Source of the DNA: a bacterium
Lineage (GTDB): Bacteria > UBA8248
NCBI GenBank assembly: GCA_965213685.1
Contig: CBDBZY010000016.1
Location: 352,001-416,000 of the forward strand
DNA length: 64,000 nt
Direction: 5' to 3'
The notes beneath the pieces are model-generated. The model was not told where the DNA came from. It made no database searches and saw nothing but the letters and a program-made list of their open reading frames with translations. Position 1 is the stretch's first letter. The number at the start of each line of letters is the position of its first letter. Below, one piece after another: positions 1-15,389 of the stretch. The translations under genes were made by a program, and so were the position numbers.

Positions 1-2620
<2,620 letters not shown>

Positions 2621-2847
2621 CCTGTGTATTGTGCCATTATCTGTACTACCACTATTACATCATGGTTTAAAATGACCAATCAAAACCCACTGCCCATATA
2701 AGGATGAAAAATTCCCCCTGCTGTTACAACCCTGACATGTAATTATGGTTTGCTATGCCCAGCAATTCCATAACGTGTAGCAAGAGAGAAGCACTAGAAA
2801 TCACCACTTTCTCATTGCCTCACTCCAGTACCAAACAGCTACCAGCA

Positions 2848-2928
2848 ATGGCCAAGAAGCAGGAAGCTCCCTCCCTCATCCCTCGAGACCTCACCCTCCC
2901 TGGTAGATCCCTCCCTCCTGCCATGCCA
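2848..2928 (+). pseudogene. Orphan 5' fragment of a GBP-like gene
   Basis: ATG GCC AAG AAG.. encodes MAKKQEAPSLIPRDLTLPGRSLPPAMP, near-identical to the N-terminus of the four full copies; homology then stops. Confidence 0.75.
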
Positions 2929-3078
2929 GGATAGCCACATTCAGAGATAAACACATTCTTCAGCATCCACTTCCACTATTGTGGTTCCCAATGTTTGTAC
3001 AGCCCATCTCACTTGTATGGTACTGACCAGTCTTGCACTCCAAACAGTGCCCACTGCTGTAGTTTTGCAATAGGTGCA

Positions 3079-5217
3079 ATGGCTGCTTGTAGAGACACAG
3101 CTGAGGATGTTAGTGCCTCCTCCCTCACCCCTCGAGACCTCACCCTCCCTGGTAGGTCCCTCCCTCCTGCCATGCCCCTCATCATCTCCACCCAAGACAG
3201 GTGGGACCCTCACAGCTGCAAGCTGGAGACTAACCAGCACAACAGCCAACCACAACACCTACAGCTAGTCACAGACACTCTACAACTGCTGGGAACCATC
3301 AACAAGCCTGTGGCTGTCCTGTCCATCTGTGGCCCCTATCGCTCGGGGAAGTCCTACTTCATCTCCCGACTGCTGGGCAGGCCTGGGGCCTTTCAGCTGG
3401 GCCACAGGATGCAAGCCTGTACACGTGGAATCTGGATGGCCACCACTGTCCTGGAGTGTGAGCAGTTTGCCATAATCTTGTTGGACACGGAAGGCATCGA
3501 TGCCATTGGAGCCTCTGAGACCATGGCCATGAGCTTGCTGACTGTCACCACACTCCTCAGCTCCTACCTCATCTACAACTCCAAGAAGGTGCCCCAGAAG
3601 GTGGACCTGGACAAGATGAGGTGCTTCACCCAGCTCTCCAGGTCTCTGCTCGTGCAGAAAGGGGAGTCCATGAGGGCAGAGGTCATGAGGAAGTTCTTCC
3701 CTCACTTTCTGTGGCTACTGCGAGACGTGACACTGAAAGTGACAGACAGAGCCGGCCAGACCATCTCGGCCACTGAGTTCCTGCACACTCGTGTGCTGGC
3801 ATCACAATCTGGCCAGCCTACAGAGCTGGGCAAGTCTCTTTGCAGCCTCTTCCCCTCACTGGAATGCCACACTCTTCCCATGCCAAGCATCAACCCCAAA
3901 GTCATCAAGAACATTGTGGAGCAACAGGACAAGCTGGAACCAGCATTCAACAAGGCAGTGGATGAGCTGATCCAGCGAATCCTGCAGCAAGTCACGCCCA
4001 AGAAAGCCATCGATGGAGTGAGTGTGGTGGATGGCCCAGCTCTAGCTGCTCTGACCCGTGGGTATGTGGATGCCATCAACACACCAGGAGCAATACCAGA
4101 CCTGGAACAAGGCTGGCAGGCCGTCATCAAGTGGAAACTGAAGGAACTGTCAGACAAGCTAGTGGAGGAGTACAGGAGAGAGATGGAGGAATGTTTAGCA
4201 GACAATCTTCCCATGGAGGAGAGGAATCTGATGAGAATCCACAAACAGACACTGAGCAGGAAAAGAGAGTCACTGCAGCAGGAGATCCATCGACTCAAGC
4301 CATTGAGTTCCACCTCTGGAGACAAAGACCCAGTCCTGAGTCAACTGGAGCAGGCAATCAGTCAGACAAATGAGGGGGGTGAGGTGATTGGGGGGGTCCT
4401 GTTCCAGTTCACCACTCACAACTACTCCAAGTCCAAGCAGCAGTGTGAAGAGGTGCTGATGGAAGCAGTGAAGAGCAGTGGAATCCACAAGAAGTGTCAG
4501 GAAGCCTTCATCAACTCACATCCACTGGACATAATGGCAGAGATATGGGATATTCATACACAATACTGCAAGCAAGCTGTTGGACCAGCAGCTGGTAAAG
4601 TGCTGAAAAAAGGTCACAGAGAACTGAACCAACTGGGAGACTCACTCAAGAGAATTCCTGGCCCTCCTGGTAAGGTGAAGGTCATTGGGCAGGGATCTGA
4701 TCGAGTGAAGCTGAGCTGGCAACCTCCAGAGAAGAACCCTGAGGCTGCTGAGAGCTATGTGGTGTGGAAACAAGAGGTGGGGAAGCAGTGGGAGAGGGTG
4801 AGGGAGACAAAGAAGACCAAAATCCTCATCACTGGACTGAAGTCAAAGACCAACTACCAGTTCAAAGTCACAGCCACTAATGACCTAATTAAGAGTGTGG
4901 CTACAACACAGTACTCATGGACATATGAGTCAATAGCTAAGGCGGGAGCTCTTGGTGGTGGTAAAGGAGCAGGTTTGATTGCACTGGCCCCGGTTGCAGC
5001 TGCTATTTATATTATGCATGATGGGGAGTTGAGTACAGGAAAAGTAGTGGCCATATCAGTCGCCACTTTACCACTCAGCCTCATATTTGCTCCAGTTATT
5101 GCTCCTGTGGCTGCAATTGGTGGAGCTATGTTTGCTGCGGAGGCGATCGGTGATGAGTGCAATGTATGTGATGAATTTGAAGACCTGTCCCCAGAGAGTG
5201 ATAATGAGACGTCATGA
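3079..5217 (+). CDS. GBP-like dynamin-superfamily GTPase with FN3 domain and C-terminal hydrophobic hairpin, copy 1 (intronless CDS)
   Basis: G1 GPYRSGKS, G2 CTRGIW, G3 DTEG, G4 LLRD; GBP helical region (YVDAINTPGAIPDLE); FN3 (PGPP..VKLSWQPP..ITGLKSKTNYQFKVTATN); two hydrophobic segments. ATG 3079 chosen by alignment with the paralogs. Confidence 0.92.
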   Translation: MAACRDTAEDVSASSLTPRDLTLPGRSLPPAMPLIISTQDRWDPHSCKLETNQHNSQPQHLQLVTDTLQLLGTINKPVAVLSICGPYRSGKSYFISRLLGRPGAFQLGHRMQACTRGIWMATTVLECEQFAIILLDTEGIDAIGASETMAMSLLTVTTLLSSYLIYNSKKVPQKVDLDKMRCFTQLSRSLLVQKGESMRAEVMRKFFPHFLWLLRDVTLKVTDRAGQTISATEFLHTRVLASQSGQPTELGKSLCSLFPSLECHTLPMPSINPKVIKNIVEQQDKLEPAFNKAVDELIQRILQQVTPKKAIDGVSVVDGPALAALTRGYVDAINTPGAIPDLEQGWQAVIKWKLKELSDKLVEEYRREMEECLADNLPMEERNLMRIHKQTLSRKRESLQQEIHRLKPLSSTSGDKDPVLSQLEQAISQTNEGGEVIGGVLFQFTTHNYSKSKQQCEEVLMEAVKSSGIHKKCQEAFINSHPLDIMAEIWDIHTQYCKQAVGPAAGKVLKKGHRELNQLGDSLKRIPGPPGKVKVIGQGSDRVKLSWQPPEKNPEAAESYVVWKQEVGKQWERVRETKKTKILITGLKSKTNYQFKVTATNDLIKSVATTQYSWTYESIAKAGALGGGKGAGLIALAPVAAAIYIMHDGELSTGKVVAISVATLPLSLIFAPVIAPVAAIGGAMFAAEAIGDECNVCDEFEDLSPESDNETS

Positions 5218-5589
5218 CTCCACAGAATGACATGACAATACTCTATGGCTAGCTATAGCTGCTCTTGTGTGTACAAGTTCATGTACTCTCATACCTGCCA
5301 CAATAAGCACAACATGCATAGACAATCTATGTAATTATTATGGAGTATATAGATGATGAGAGAGATGTAACATTATATCCATACAAGCTTTGTCACTATG
5401 ACATTGTGTTGGCATGGCAATAGCAGACCCCAAGCGAGCATTTGTAATGTTGGCACGGCCAGATTGATCACCAGTGGCTAACAAATAGAGCACTGATCAT
5501 CACTGGTCATCATGACAAGGGCCATGAATTCGAAATTATTATGGGCCCCTGTCATCATCTGGAGTTGCCAGCCACAGAGCAGTGCTAGC

Positions 5590-6045
<456 letters not shown>

Positions 6046-6124
6046 GTGTCCACTTCAGGAAAGAAATTGCATACCCAGTAGATGTCATAGGGTGGGTAAT
6101 AATGTACAATGCATCACAGACTAT

Positions 6125-6350
6125 CGACGCTGAGGTTCATGCCTGTGAGATGAGAGGTCTCCAGGAGCCTTTATATCCACTTGCTCTCCCTATACTCCTG
6201 GAGACCTCTCATCCCAATGCGATAGCGAAGGAACCCCCCAGAGTGAAATTTGGGGTCCCCGGGAATATCATCCTCTCCAGAGCGCTAACAAGGCAAACAC
6301 ATATCCACTGCATGTAGCACGACTGCACCCCATGCCACAGTATCATACAT
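6125..6350 (-). pseudogene. Degenerate TMEM65 exon-1 relic
   Basis: cccccagagtgaaatttggggtccccgggaata matches TMEM65 exon 1 near 26486-26520; a second relic lies at ~19975-20200. Confidence 0.65.
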
Positions 6351-6581
6351 GCCACAATAAACAGAACTCAGAACCACTAATCGTAACTGAAAGTAGTTTA
6401 CCAAAAATTGCGAGTAGGGGCAGAGCCTGGGAACGAGGCTAACAAGGCCTCCCTCTGCTCGAGCAAAGTTGCGCGACCTTGACCCCCGCGGCTTTGCTAT
6501 TTTCGAGTTCAAAAATCACTCAACAATATCGCGCGTGTGGGTCTGGGGATGGGGCTAATCCGAACATACACGAAGGTACTA

Positions 6582-7130
6582 TCATACCTACGGTAGTAGG
6601 TGTATATAGGGATTGGCCGGGGTGCTCAGCATTAAACCTGTACATTACAAAAATGCAGCTTTCACTTTCAATATGCAAGCAACATGATCTGTAGTAGTGT
6701 CCTGGTAAAGAGTATGCAAAATGTAAGTTGTACCTCAAAAAGTAGGAGATAATAATACATCATGTGTGTGATACATGCAAAAGATAATTTTCCAAATTGT
6801 CCATGTTCTCCTTCTTCTTCTTCTTGTTGTTCCAGTTGAAGAAGCGAAACTCAATAACTGTAGTACCATTAACCATGATAATGCACATGCAGGTACATGG
6901 CATTGGTGGCTAGTGCATAGGCATAATTTTTTTTCGTTAACCCCTTCACTTCTTGAGATATTGATGATTATCTAGAATCTCCATGTACTTTGTGTATTGA
7001 AGAACATTATAAATTCAAATGAGGGTAACTACGCGCGCTTTAATGAGCGCTTAAATACACAATTTTTGCACTTGACGTCTTGGATACGGTACATAGATAC
7101 TTAAGTACTTGAAATCCACTTACACGCATA
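6582..7130. mobile_element. Interspersed repeat (unclassified), second copy at ~55403-55910
   Basis: Both copies begin ..acctacggtagtaggtgtatatagggattggcc and align for ~500 bp; absent from the paralogous spacer at ~20430. Confidence 0.75.
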
Positions 7131-8042
7131 CGTCGCGTGGTCACTGGCCGGCCGGCAGTTGTTGCGCGCGCCGCATGCTCACGTGCACGTGCGCAGCGCC
7201 GTTCGAACCGGCCGGCCCCTACACAGCCAAAAATAATTGGGCTCGATTCGATACCGACTGCCGTAAGGTATCGAATCGAGGACAAGGAGGAGCTCGAATC
7301 GAGCACGTAAGGTCCTTACGGCCTCGAACCGACACTGGGGTTACATGTCGATTCGAGCTGTAAGGCAGACCTCATACAAAAAATACAATGGGACTGCCCC
7401 AAATGAACGTACCGATACTGTAATTCCGTACCGTATCGCGCACGTTTACGTCCTCGAATCGGGATTCAATTTTTGGCCGTGTACGCAGCTGCCAACTTCT
7501 GACCTGCGTTCGATTGTGATATGTGTTGAAGTTACTATCAGGTCTGTGTTTGGTGGACTCGGAAGCTAAAAAGGCGTGCTCAACACAGGCTGATACGAAC
7601 CAGAGACGTCTATATGCACCGGCACTGCACTGCTGTATTAATTATACATGTACTCTGCATCACGTGCATATCACAGTGCACTGTACTAGCTCAAGTAGTT
7701 CTTCCTGCATATATCATAGCACCTGTTAAAACTCTACACTACTGACTGCACATTAGTTGCTGCTCTTAGTATATAGACACCATTAACTTCATTTAACACT
7801 CATAATTAATTGTATTGTGTCACACTTAGGTTCATTGCTGTTATTTATGAAACCTGTGTATTGGTTGATTATCTATTGCTGTCATTCATGAATCTACCAT
7901 ACTTATTGCCACAGCTTATGAGCATTCACCTATTGCAATTCATGCACAACTGAAAGAAGTTCTATAATCAGTGGAGTAATGCTGTATGTTATATTTGGTT
8001 AGTGACAACATCTTTGCTGAAAGCAGCAAAAAATGTGAGGAG

Positions 8043-8631
8043 ACTAGTAAATTAAAAAATTAAATTTTAGAAAGGGATATAGGGATTGCATAAAAAGGTA
8101 CGGAGACAAGGCTTGGATGCAGAGTACACGCTATATTGTAACCAGTTGTCATGGGAACGATGATGAAATGTGGAGTACCTCATGCCTGATTATGCAACAC
8201 AAGCCCTATATTGTTGAGCTGAGTTTCATGGAAACACCGGAATCAATCAATGAAGGATCATCGATAACCATGGAGGGACCATCCCAGACCAATGCGGTAC
8301 TTGAACCATTGCATGATGTCACATGTAGAAACCATCGGACAGAATTTAAGTCTGATATATCACTAAACTATGCCCAAGCACTGAAAATGAAGACATGCAT
8401 ACTTGCATACTTTTTGTAGTGATAATAGCTTATGAAGGGAAGTGGTGGTGGCTGCTCAACAATATAGGGCTTGTGTTGCATAACCAGGCATGAGGTACTC
8501 CACATTTCATCATCGTTCCCATGACAACTGGTTACAATATAGCGTGTACTCTGCATCCAAGCCTTGTCTCTGTACCTTTTTATGCAATCCCTATATTCCT
8601 TTCTAAAATTTAATTTTTTTAATTTACTAGT
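8043..8631. mobile_element. MITE with ~177-bp terminal inverted repeats
   Basis: 8043-8219 is the near-perfect reverse complement of 8454-8631; the ORF track shows the same peptide on both strands. Confidence 0.85.
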
Positions 8632-9636
8632 ATATATTTCGCCAGGTCGCTTACGTGGCCACTCGAACCCCCGCATGAATGTGTCTGCCCGCACGGCGCG
8701 TCCTTGATACAAGTGTACAGCACTCAACTAGCTGGGTAAGAACTCTTTGGACTTGTGCAAGTGCTCTTCAAACTCTCCTTACTGCAAGGAAAAGAGATGG
8801 CTAAAGTGCTGCGGTGGCTGTCTTGACAGAATGTGATATTTTGGATGTGAGCACTCACTGGGAGATTTTCGTAACTGAACGTTACATCATAATTACACAA
8901 TATCTGTACTTATGATAGTACAATATCCGCACAGAGAAGCGAACATACGTTACCATACATGGAGTACCACACTACAAATACATCACACAGGGCAGCTATA
9001 CATGTACATGGCACTGCTAGACACATACAATATTGAGGAAGGTGAATTGATGTATACACTGTAGCAATACAACCTACTCAGCTTTCATTGTTACACGACA
9101 TTCAGTTCAATTTGAACCCTCTTCGGGCATAATTATTATGTTTTCTACTTCCCATGATCATGCAGCTCAAAGAATGTTGTGTAACTTTAAAACTCTAGCT
9201 TTTACCTTGACAGAGCACAAATTACCTACTGCTGTACTTGCCCATACTATGAGGAATATTCCCTTATATTCAGTGAACATGAAAACACAAGAGTGCATGT
9301 ATATGTGTTAAAACAAGAAAGAGTTGTATGAGAGGAGTTGCTATACAGCAGTCCTCCTTGTCAGAAACACAGAAGGAAAAGCTCCAGCCTTGAGACTCAG
9401 GCTACTTGTGGAAACACTGACTTATTGTCTATAGTATACCACACAATAATATATACACACAATACTCCATTTTGGACACGCACATTGAGCTCTACTCACT
9501 AGCTACTGGTGTCATGTGAATTTCAATGTTTATACAGCCCAACTTCCATTCACAGCACGGAGGTCACTGAGGTCATTCAGTGTATTTGAGTCTGGGCAAT
9601 TGGTGCTTGTATTGATCCACTGCTGTTAGCTTTACA

Positions 9637-11766
9637 ATGGCTGCCTGTGGAGACACAGTTGAGAAAGCTGCCTCCTCCCTCACCCCTCGAGACCTCACCC
9701 TCCCTGGTAGGTCCCTCCCTCCTGCCATGCCCCTCATCATCTCCACCCAAGACAGCTGGGACCCTCACAGCTGCAAGCTGGAGACTCACCAGCACAACAG
9801 CCAACCACAACACCTACAGATAGTCACAGACACTCTACAACTGCTGGGAACCATCAACAAGCCTGTGGCTGTCCTGTCCATCTGTGGCCCCTACCGCTCG
9901 GGGAAATCCTACTTCATCTCCCGACTGCTGGGTAGGCCTGGGGCCTTTCAGCTGGGCCACAGGATGCAAGCCTGTACACGTGGAATCTGGATGGCCACCA
10001 CTGTCCTGGAGTGTGAGCAGTTTGTCACAATCCTGCTGGACACGGAAGGCATCGATGCCATTAGAGCCTCCGAGACCATGGATGCGAGCTTGCTGACTGT
10101 CACCACACTCCTCAGCTCCTACCTCATCTACAACTCCAAGAAGGTGCCCCAGAAGGTGGATCTGGACAAGATGAGGTGCTTCACCCAGCTCTCCAGGTCT
10201 CTGCTCATGCAGAAAGAGGAGTCCATGAGGGCAGAGGTCATGAGGAAGTTCTTCCCTCACTTTCTGTGGCTACTGCGAGATGTGACACTGACTGTGACAG
10301 ACAGAGCCGGCCAGACCATCTCAGCCACTGAGTTCCTGCACACTCGTGTGCTGGCATCACAATCTGGCCAGCCTACAGAGCTGGGCAAGTCTCTTTGCAG
10401 CCTCTTCCCCTCACTGGAATGCCACACTCTTCCCATGCCAAGCATCAACCCCAAAGTCATCAAGAACATTGTGGAGCAACAGGACAAGCTGAAACCAGCA
10501 TTCAACAAGGCAGTGGATCAACTGATCCAGCGAATCCTGCAGCAAGTCACGCCCAAGAAAGCCATCGATGGAGTGAGTGTGGTGGATGGCCCAGCTCTAG
10601 CTGCTCTGACCCGTGGGTATGTGGATGCCATCAACACACCAGGAGCAATACCAGACCTGGAACAAGGCTGGCAGGCTGTCATCAAGTGGAAGCTGAAGGA
10701 ACTGTCAGACAAGCTAGTGGAGGAGTACAGGAGAGAGATGGAGAAATGTTTAGGAGACAATCTTCCCATGGAGGAGAGGAATCTGATGAGAATCCACAAA
10801 CAGACACTGAGCAGGAAAAGGGATTCACTGCAGCAGGAGATCCGTCGGCTCAAACCATTGAGTTCCACCTCTGGAGACAAAAACCCAATCCTGAGTCAAC
10901 TGGAGCAGACAATCAGTCAGACAAACGAGGGGGGTGAGGTGATTGGGGGGGTCCTGTTCCAGTTCACCACTCACAACTACTCCAAGTCCAAGCAGCAGTG
11001 TGAAGAGGTGCTGATAGAAGCAGTGAAGAGCAGTGGAATTCACAAGAAGTGTCAGGAAGCCTTCATCAACTCACATCCACTGGACATAATGGCAGAGATA
11101 TGGGATATTCATACACAATACTGCAAGCAAGCTGTTGGACCAGCAGCTGGTGAAGTGCTGAAAAAAGGTCACAGAGAACTGAACCAACTGGGAGACTCAC
11201 TCAAGAGAATTCCTGGCCCACCTCGTGAGGTGGAGGTCATTGGATGGGGACCTGATCGAGTGAAGCTGAGCTGGCAACCTCCAAAGAAGAACCCTGAGGC
11301 TGCTGAGAGCTATGTGGTGTGGAAACAAGAGGAGGGGAAGCAGTGGGAGAGGGTGAGGGAGACAAAGAAGACCAAAATCCTCATCACTGGACTGAAGTCA
11401 GACACAGACTACCAGTTCAGAATCACAGCCACTAATGACCTGATTAAGAGTGTGGCTGCAACACATGACTCATGGACAATGGAGTCAAAAGCTAAGATGG
11501 GAGCTCTTGCTGGTGGTGTAGGAGCAATTACATTGTCACTGATGCCAGTTGCAGCAGCTATTGCGAATGTGACTGCTGAAGACATGAGTGGAGGAAAAAT
11601 AGTAGCCATATCAGTCGCCACTTTACCAATTAGCCTCATATGTGCTCCAGTTACTGCTACTGTGGGTGGAGTTTGGATTGCTAGGGAAGTGATCAAGGAC
11701 GGATGCTACAGTGGAGACCTGTCCCCAGAGAGTGATGATGAGACGTCATGTGATTCCACAGAATGA
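9637..11766 (+). CDS. GBP-FN3-TM hairpin GTPase, copy 2
   Basis: 709-aa intact ORF with the same G1-G4 motifs, FN3 and hydrophobic hairpin; ends DLSPESDDETSCDSTE. Confidence 0.92.
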   Translation: MAACGDTVEKAASSLTPRDLTLPGRSLPPAMPLIISTQDSWDPHSCKLETHQHNSQPQHLQIVTDTLQLLGTINKPVAVLSICGPYRSGKSYFISRLLGRPGAFQLGHRMQACTRGIWMATTVLECEQFVTILLDTEGIDAIRASETMDASLLTVTTLLSSYLIYNSKKVPQKVDLDKMRCFTQLSRSLLMQKEESMRAEVMRKFFPHFLWLLRDVTLTVTDRAGQTISATEFLHTRVLASQSGQPTELGKSLCSLFPSLECHTLPMPSINPKVIKNIVEQQDKLKPAFNKAVDQLIQRILQQVTPKKAIDGVSVVDGPALAALTRGYVDAINTPGAIPDLEQGWQAVIKWKLKELSDKLVEEYRREMEKCLGDNLPMEERNLMRIHKQTLSRKRDSLQQEIRRLKPLSSTSGDKNPILSQLEQTISQTNEGGEVIGGVLFQFTTHNYSKSKQQCEEVLIEAVKSSGIHKKCQEAFINSHPLDIMAEIWDIHTQYCKQAVGPAAGEVLKKGHRELNQLGDSLKRIPGPPREVEVIGWGPDRVKLSWQPPKKNPEAAESYVVWKQEEGKQWERVRETKKTKILITGLKSDTDYQFRITATNDLIKSVAATHDSWTMESKAKMGALAGGVGAITLSLMPVAAAIANVTAEDMSGGKIVAISVATLPISLICAPVTATVGGVWIAREVIKDGCYSGDLSPESDDETSCDSTE

Positions 11767-12139
11767 CATGACAGTACTCTATGGCTAGCTACAGCTGCTC
11801 TTGTGTGTACACGTTCATGTACTCTCATACCCGCCTCAATAAACACAACATGCACATGTAATTATTATGGATATGTCATGTATTTTGATATATTATGGAG
11901 TGGATGTAACAGAAATTGAGTTATTTATTAGTATAAGCTTTGTTACTATGACAATGTGTTGGCATGGCAACAGCAGAACCTAAATGAGCATCCATTGTGG
12001 GTGAAGCCAGATAGGTTACCAATGGGTAGCGATTCTAGTAAATATAGCAGTGATCATCACTGCTTATCATGATGAGATGGGCCCCTGTCATCAACCACAA
12101 TTATTATGGAGTTGCCGTGTCCCCAGCCACAGAGCAGTG

Positions 12140-12525
12140 CTAGCCTCATTCCCAGGCCTTCCCCCACATGCCAGCACAACACCACACCCAGCATGGTGGA
12201 GCGCTTGTGTGTGGGGGGCAGTCTGGGAACAAGGCTAGAGTGATGTGGATTGAATGACCATAAACTAATTATTATACACTGTACATGTAGTGGTGAGTGT
12301 TATGAGCACTGCTAGTGATGAGTATCATGACTTGTGTTCCTGTGGTGACTGAGTGTTGAGGTGATTGTGGTTCTCTCGGCCTGATCCACAGCAGCAGGAA
12401 CATTCCAATCAAACATCCGATGATGATACCAGCACAGCGACCCTGAGATGGGGGGAGAAAAGAAAGTGAAAAAGTATAAGTATTCATTTGCAAGCATTGG
12501 ATAGGAGTAAGCATAGAAACAAGGG
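12140..12525 (-). pseudogene. TMEM65 last-exon relic 2
   Basis: GRCAGIIIGCLIGMFLLLWIRP at ~12442-12325 with a 2-bp deletion near the end, plus intron sequence matching 24245-24330. Confidence 0.85.
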
Positions 12526-12531
12526 CATTAT

Positions 12532-13035
12532 CTTACATCTGACCAACGAATGTTCTCCATCTCCAATATGGGATAAAAGTAACGGACTCCCAAAGGCAGC
12601 GTGTGTTCGCCCGCCACCCCCTGCACCGAATAGTGAACATCACCTACTATGAGGACACATACAAGAAGCACATGCTGGCAGTGAGGGTGTCTGGAGCAGA
12701 GGACGGGCAGCAAGAGCTAGTAAGAGCATTCCTTCTTGTACCAAGAGTGGTTTGAATAAAGACACCTTGACAGATGGGTCACTACTGCTGTGCCCTATAT
12801 ACCATATCTGTGTATATCTGGAATGATGACACCTTCAATTCATAATATAGGCAGTCCTTCTTTCCCAAGGGTGTCTTGATTAGAGGTGCTCTATACTGTG
12901 CTACTTGCAATCCAATTCACACAGTTACGCATGAACACTTTCATGCACCCTCCTCTCTCCCTCCCTCTCCTTTTTTCCTCCCCAGGCACAGGCTAAAAGC
13001 GTCAGCCTCACTCTGGCGCAGGCATTTGAGGCAAT
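12532..13035 (+). pseudogene. ICAP-1-like relic 2
   Basis: Copy of ~2019-2203 and 2515-2567 with a 6-bp deletion and a 1-bp frameshift (ccaatatg vs ccaaatatg). Confidence 0.75.
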
Positions 13036-13574
13036 TTGTACAGAGAGGAAAAAGGTATGTAGCAATAGTTCCTCAAGGAACTTGCAGGTTTATGATCCAT
13101 ATGTCTTCATATCATTTTTGTGTATGGGGTGGGTTCAGAGCTGCACTATGGCCTATGCTATGTCATTAAATTCAGAGATACGTGCCCAGTCTATCAACTG
13201 CATGTTTGCACATTACCTGTGGTATGAAACCATGCTGTAAGACAGATGAACATGCATGGGCACATAATGGCCTGACCTGTTCATTAATCGCAACAGCTGA
13301 TGTAGATCACCTCAGCCAATAGCATCTGTTTCTGCACAAGTGACTGGTCGTGTGCACATTTGTAGCAGTGCAAGTGACAAAACAGCTATGAAGCTCTCTG
13401 TCATAAGTATGCGAAGCTAGTTATTTGAAGAAATGTGTTTATGTATGCTACTAGAGTAACATAAAAGGCCACCTGCAGTGGCTGATGTCAGGTCCAAACA
13501 AAGCTACTTTTTTGTAATTAATAGTGATAATACATGGTTGGTAACTTTCCCATGCTACATCACCTCACAGCAGA

Positions 13575-13805
13575 GCCAGGGGTAAACACATTCTTCAGCA
13601 TCCACACCCAATAGGAGTTCCCAATGTTGTACAGCCCATCTCACTTGTATGGTACTGACCAGTCTTACACTCCAAAAATTGCCCACTGCTGTAGTTTTGC
13701 AATAGGTGCAATGGCTGCTTGTAGAGACACAGTTGAGGATGTTAGTGCCTCCTCCCTCACCCCTCGAGACGTCACCCTCCCTGGTAGGTCCCTCCCTCCT
13801 GCCAC
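13575..13805 (+). pseudogene. Truncated GBP 5' end (copy of ~2950-3170)
   Basis: MAACRDTVEDVSASSLTPRDVTLPGRSLPPA followed by an abrupt switch to Helitron-like sequence. Confidence 0.85.
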
Positions 13806-14947
13806 GCCAATCATATCCATATACAGGTTGCCTCAAGGACAGTAGGGCTACGACGGCATGTTATTAACATGTCCCAGGATGTAACATCATTTGCTCATAG
13901 ACGTTCTTGGCTATCCTCTGAGCTATATAGACATCCTTATTGTGAGAAAGCAAGGTACCAATCACTCACATCAGGACTTTTGTATCTGCCGAGCTGTAGT
14001 TGACCTAGCTCTTCAGTGGTTGGTAACTCACAACAATTGAACATGTACTACTGTGCCAACCATATTTGTATCAATCAGAATGTACATGCCTGACAGCCAC
14101 AAGATAGCAATCTCTCAAATCTTGCCTCCGCACTAGACAGCCCTGAAGAAAGTGACCAGCCAGCAGCAGATGACCTTGCAGTTGACCCCTACAAGTCTCA
14201 TCTTTCACAGTCATTTGTACCTGTTGCTACCTGGAGCAAGAGACTGTCAGCCATTCAGTTCGGCAGTGGCAGTCCAGCCAACCTGCACGTACTTGATCTA
14301 CAACACACATATGGCCATCTATTGGAGGAACTCCCATCAATGAGTTCACTACTGAAGACTACTTCTCCTGTGCCTTCCTCACTGTCTTCCCCACTGGTGC
14401 AGCTGAAGAAGAAATGGAGGATGGCAGCTAGCAACAATAAGTAAATTATGTTCACACATCTCGTTAGCAGTCTATACACACAATTTATCTGTAACCATGG
14501 ACATTAACTTTGTTTCTGTACAGCCACCAAAAGGCAAGTTTAAGAAACGTGCATGTGATCAATCAAGGTGCAATGATTTAACCATTTCAAAATGTCGATG
14601 GAGGTAGATAATCTCATTACAGGCAGGGTTCTATCCACTGGGGGGGGGGGGCAGGGGGGAAGCTTCCCCCCCAAACTCCCAAGCTTCCCCCCCAAAACTT
14701 GGTCACTGATCATGGCATCCAAGAGATCTTGGTCTAAATCGCATCAAAAGTGACTTAAAGACACCTCAAAATCAGAAAATTTCCTGGGGGATACTCCCCA
14801 GACCCCCTACACAATGTGTACTTCTGTAGTAAGCTACTATAATCATTGCACTGTAAGATGCTTCCCCCCCAAAAGTACTTTTCTAGATAGAACCCTGACA
14901 GGAGCTGGGTCGCTCCTGCTCGCCCACAATGCTCTGCATTAGCCTAG
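13806..14947 (+). mobile_element. Degenerate Helitron fragment with 3' terminus
   Basis: Frameshifted PIISIYRLPQGQ..QDVTSFA..DILIVRKQG..ALQWL and WPSIGGTPINEFTTEDYFSCAFLTVFPTGAA, motifs of the region upstream of Helitron Rep (DUF6570-like); ends in a small aatgc-tct-gcatt hairpin then CTAG|T. Confidence 0.7.
14624..14897. mobile_element. MITE with CAGGGTTCTATC termini
   Basis: cagggttctatc..gatagaaccctg inverted termini, flanked by direct repeat acagg (14619-14623, 14898-14902). Confidence 0.8.
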
Positions 14948-15389
14948 TTATTTATTATCTGTGCTGTTACCTACTGCTCATTTGCTATATTACCCGCTAC
15001 TGAGCACCAGCACCGTGTAGCGCCATATACGCTAATATTGATGGTATTTGCTAAACACCAAAGCTATTTTATTAAACATCCACTCCTTTGCAATGTCCCT
15101 CTTTAAATAGGGTTTTCAGGGGTGTTACTAAAACCCGGGACTTACTAAAATACGGGGCGAATGCATACACTGATATGGTCGATATGCACTCGAAATGTGG
15201 AAGTAGATCGCTTAGAAACGTCCTGGAAGCTGAATATCGTACTTCCAAGCTAGGGTTATGAGTTCACATCGTCTAAGCAGACCATTTCGCCTACACGCAA
15301 GCAATAGATCCGACTGAGCTACTTGCACCTGTTTGCCAGCGTAGTGAATGTAGAAATACAGAGCTCCTGCCATCAGGAGAGATCATTCT

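Noticed and set aside
2995-3078. Extended N-termini in the ORF track for GBP1 (2995) and GBP3 (16558)
   Set aside because: These use non-ATG starts; paralog alignment supports ATG at 3079 and 16570.
3280-4488. Antisense ORFs of 141 and 207 aa repeated in each GBP copy
   Set aside because: They are shadow ORFs of near-identical GC3-rich coding sequence, are interrupted differently among copies, and show no recognisable motifs.
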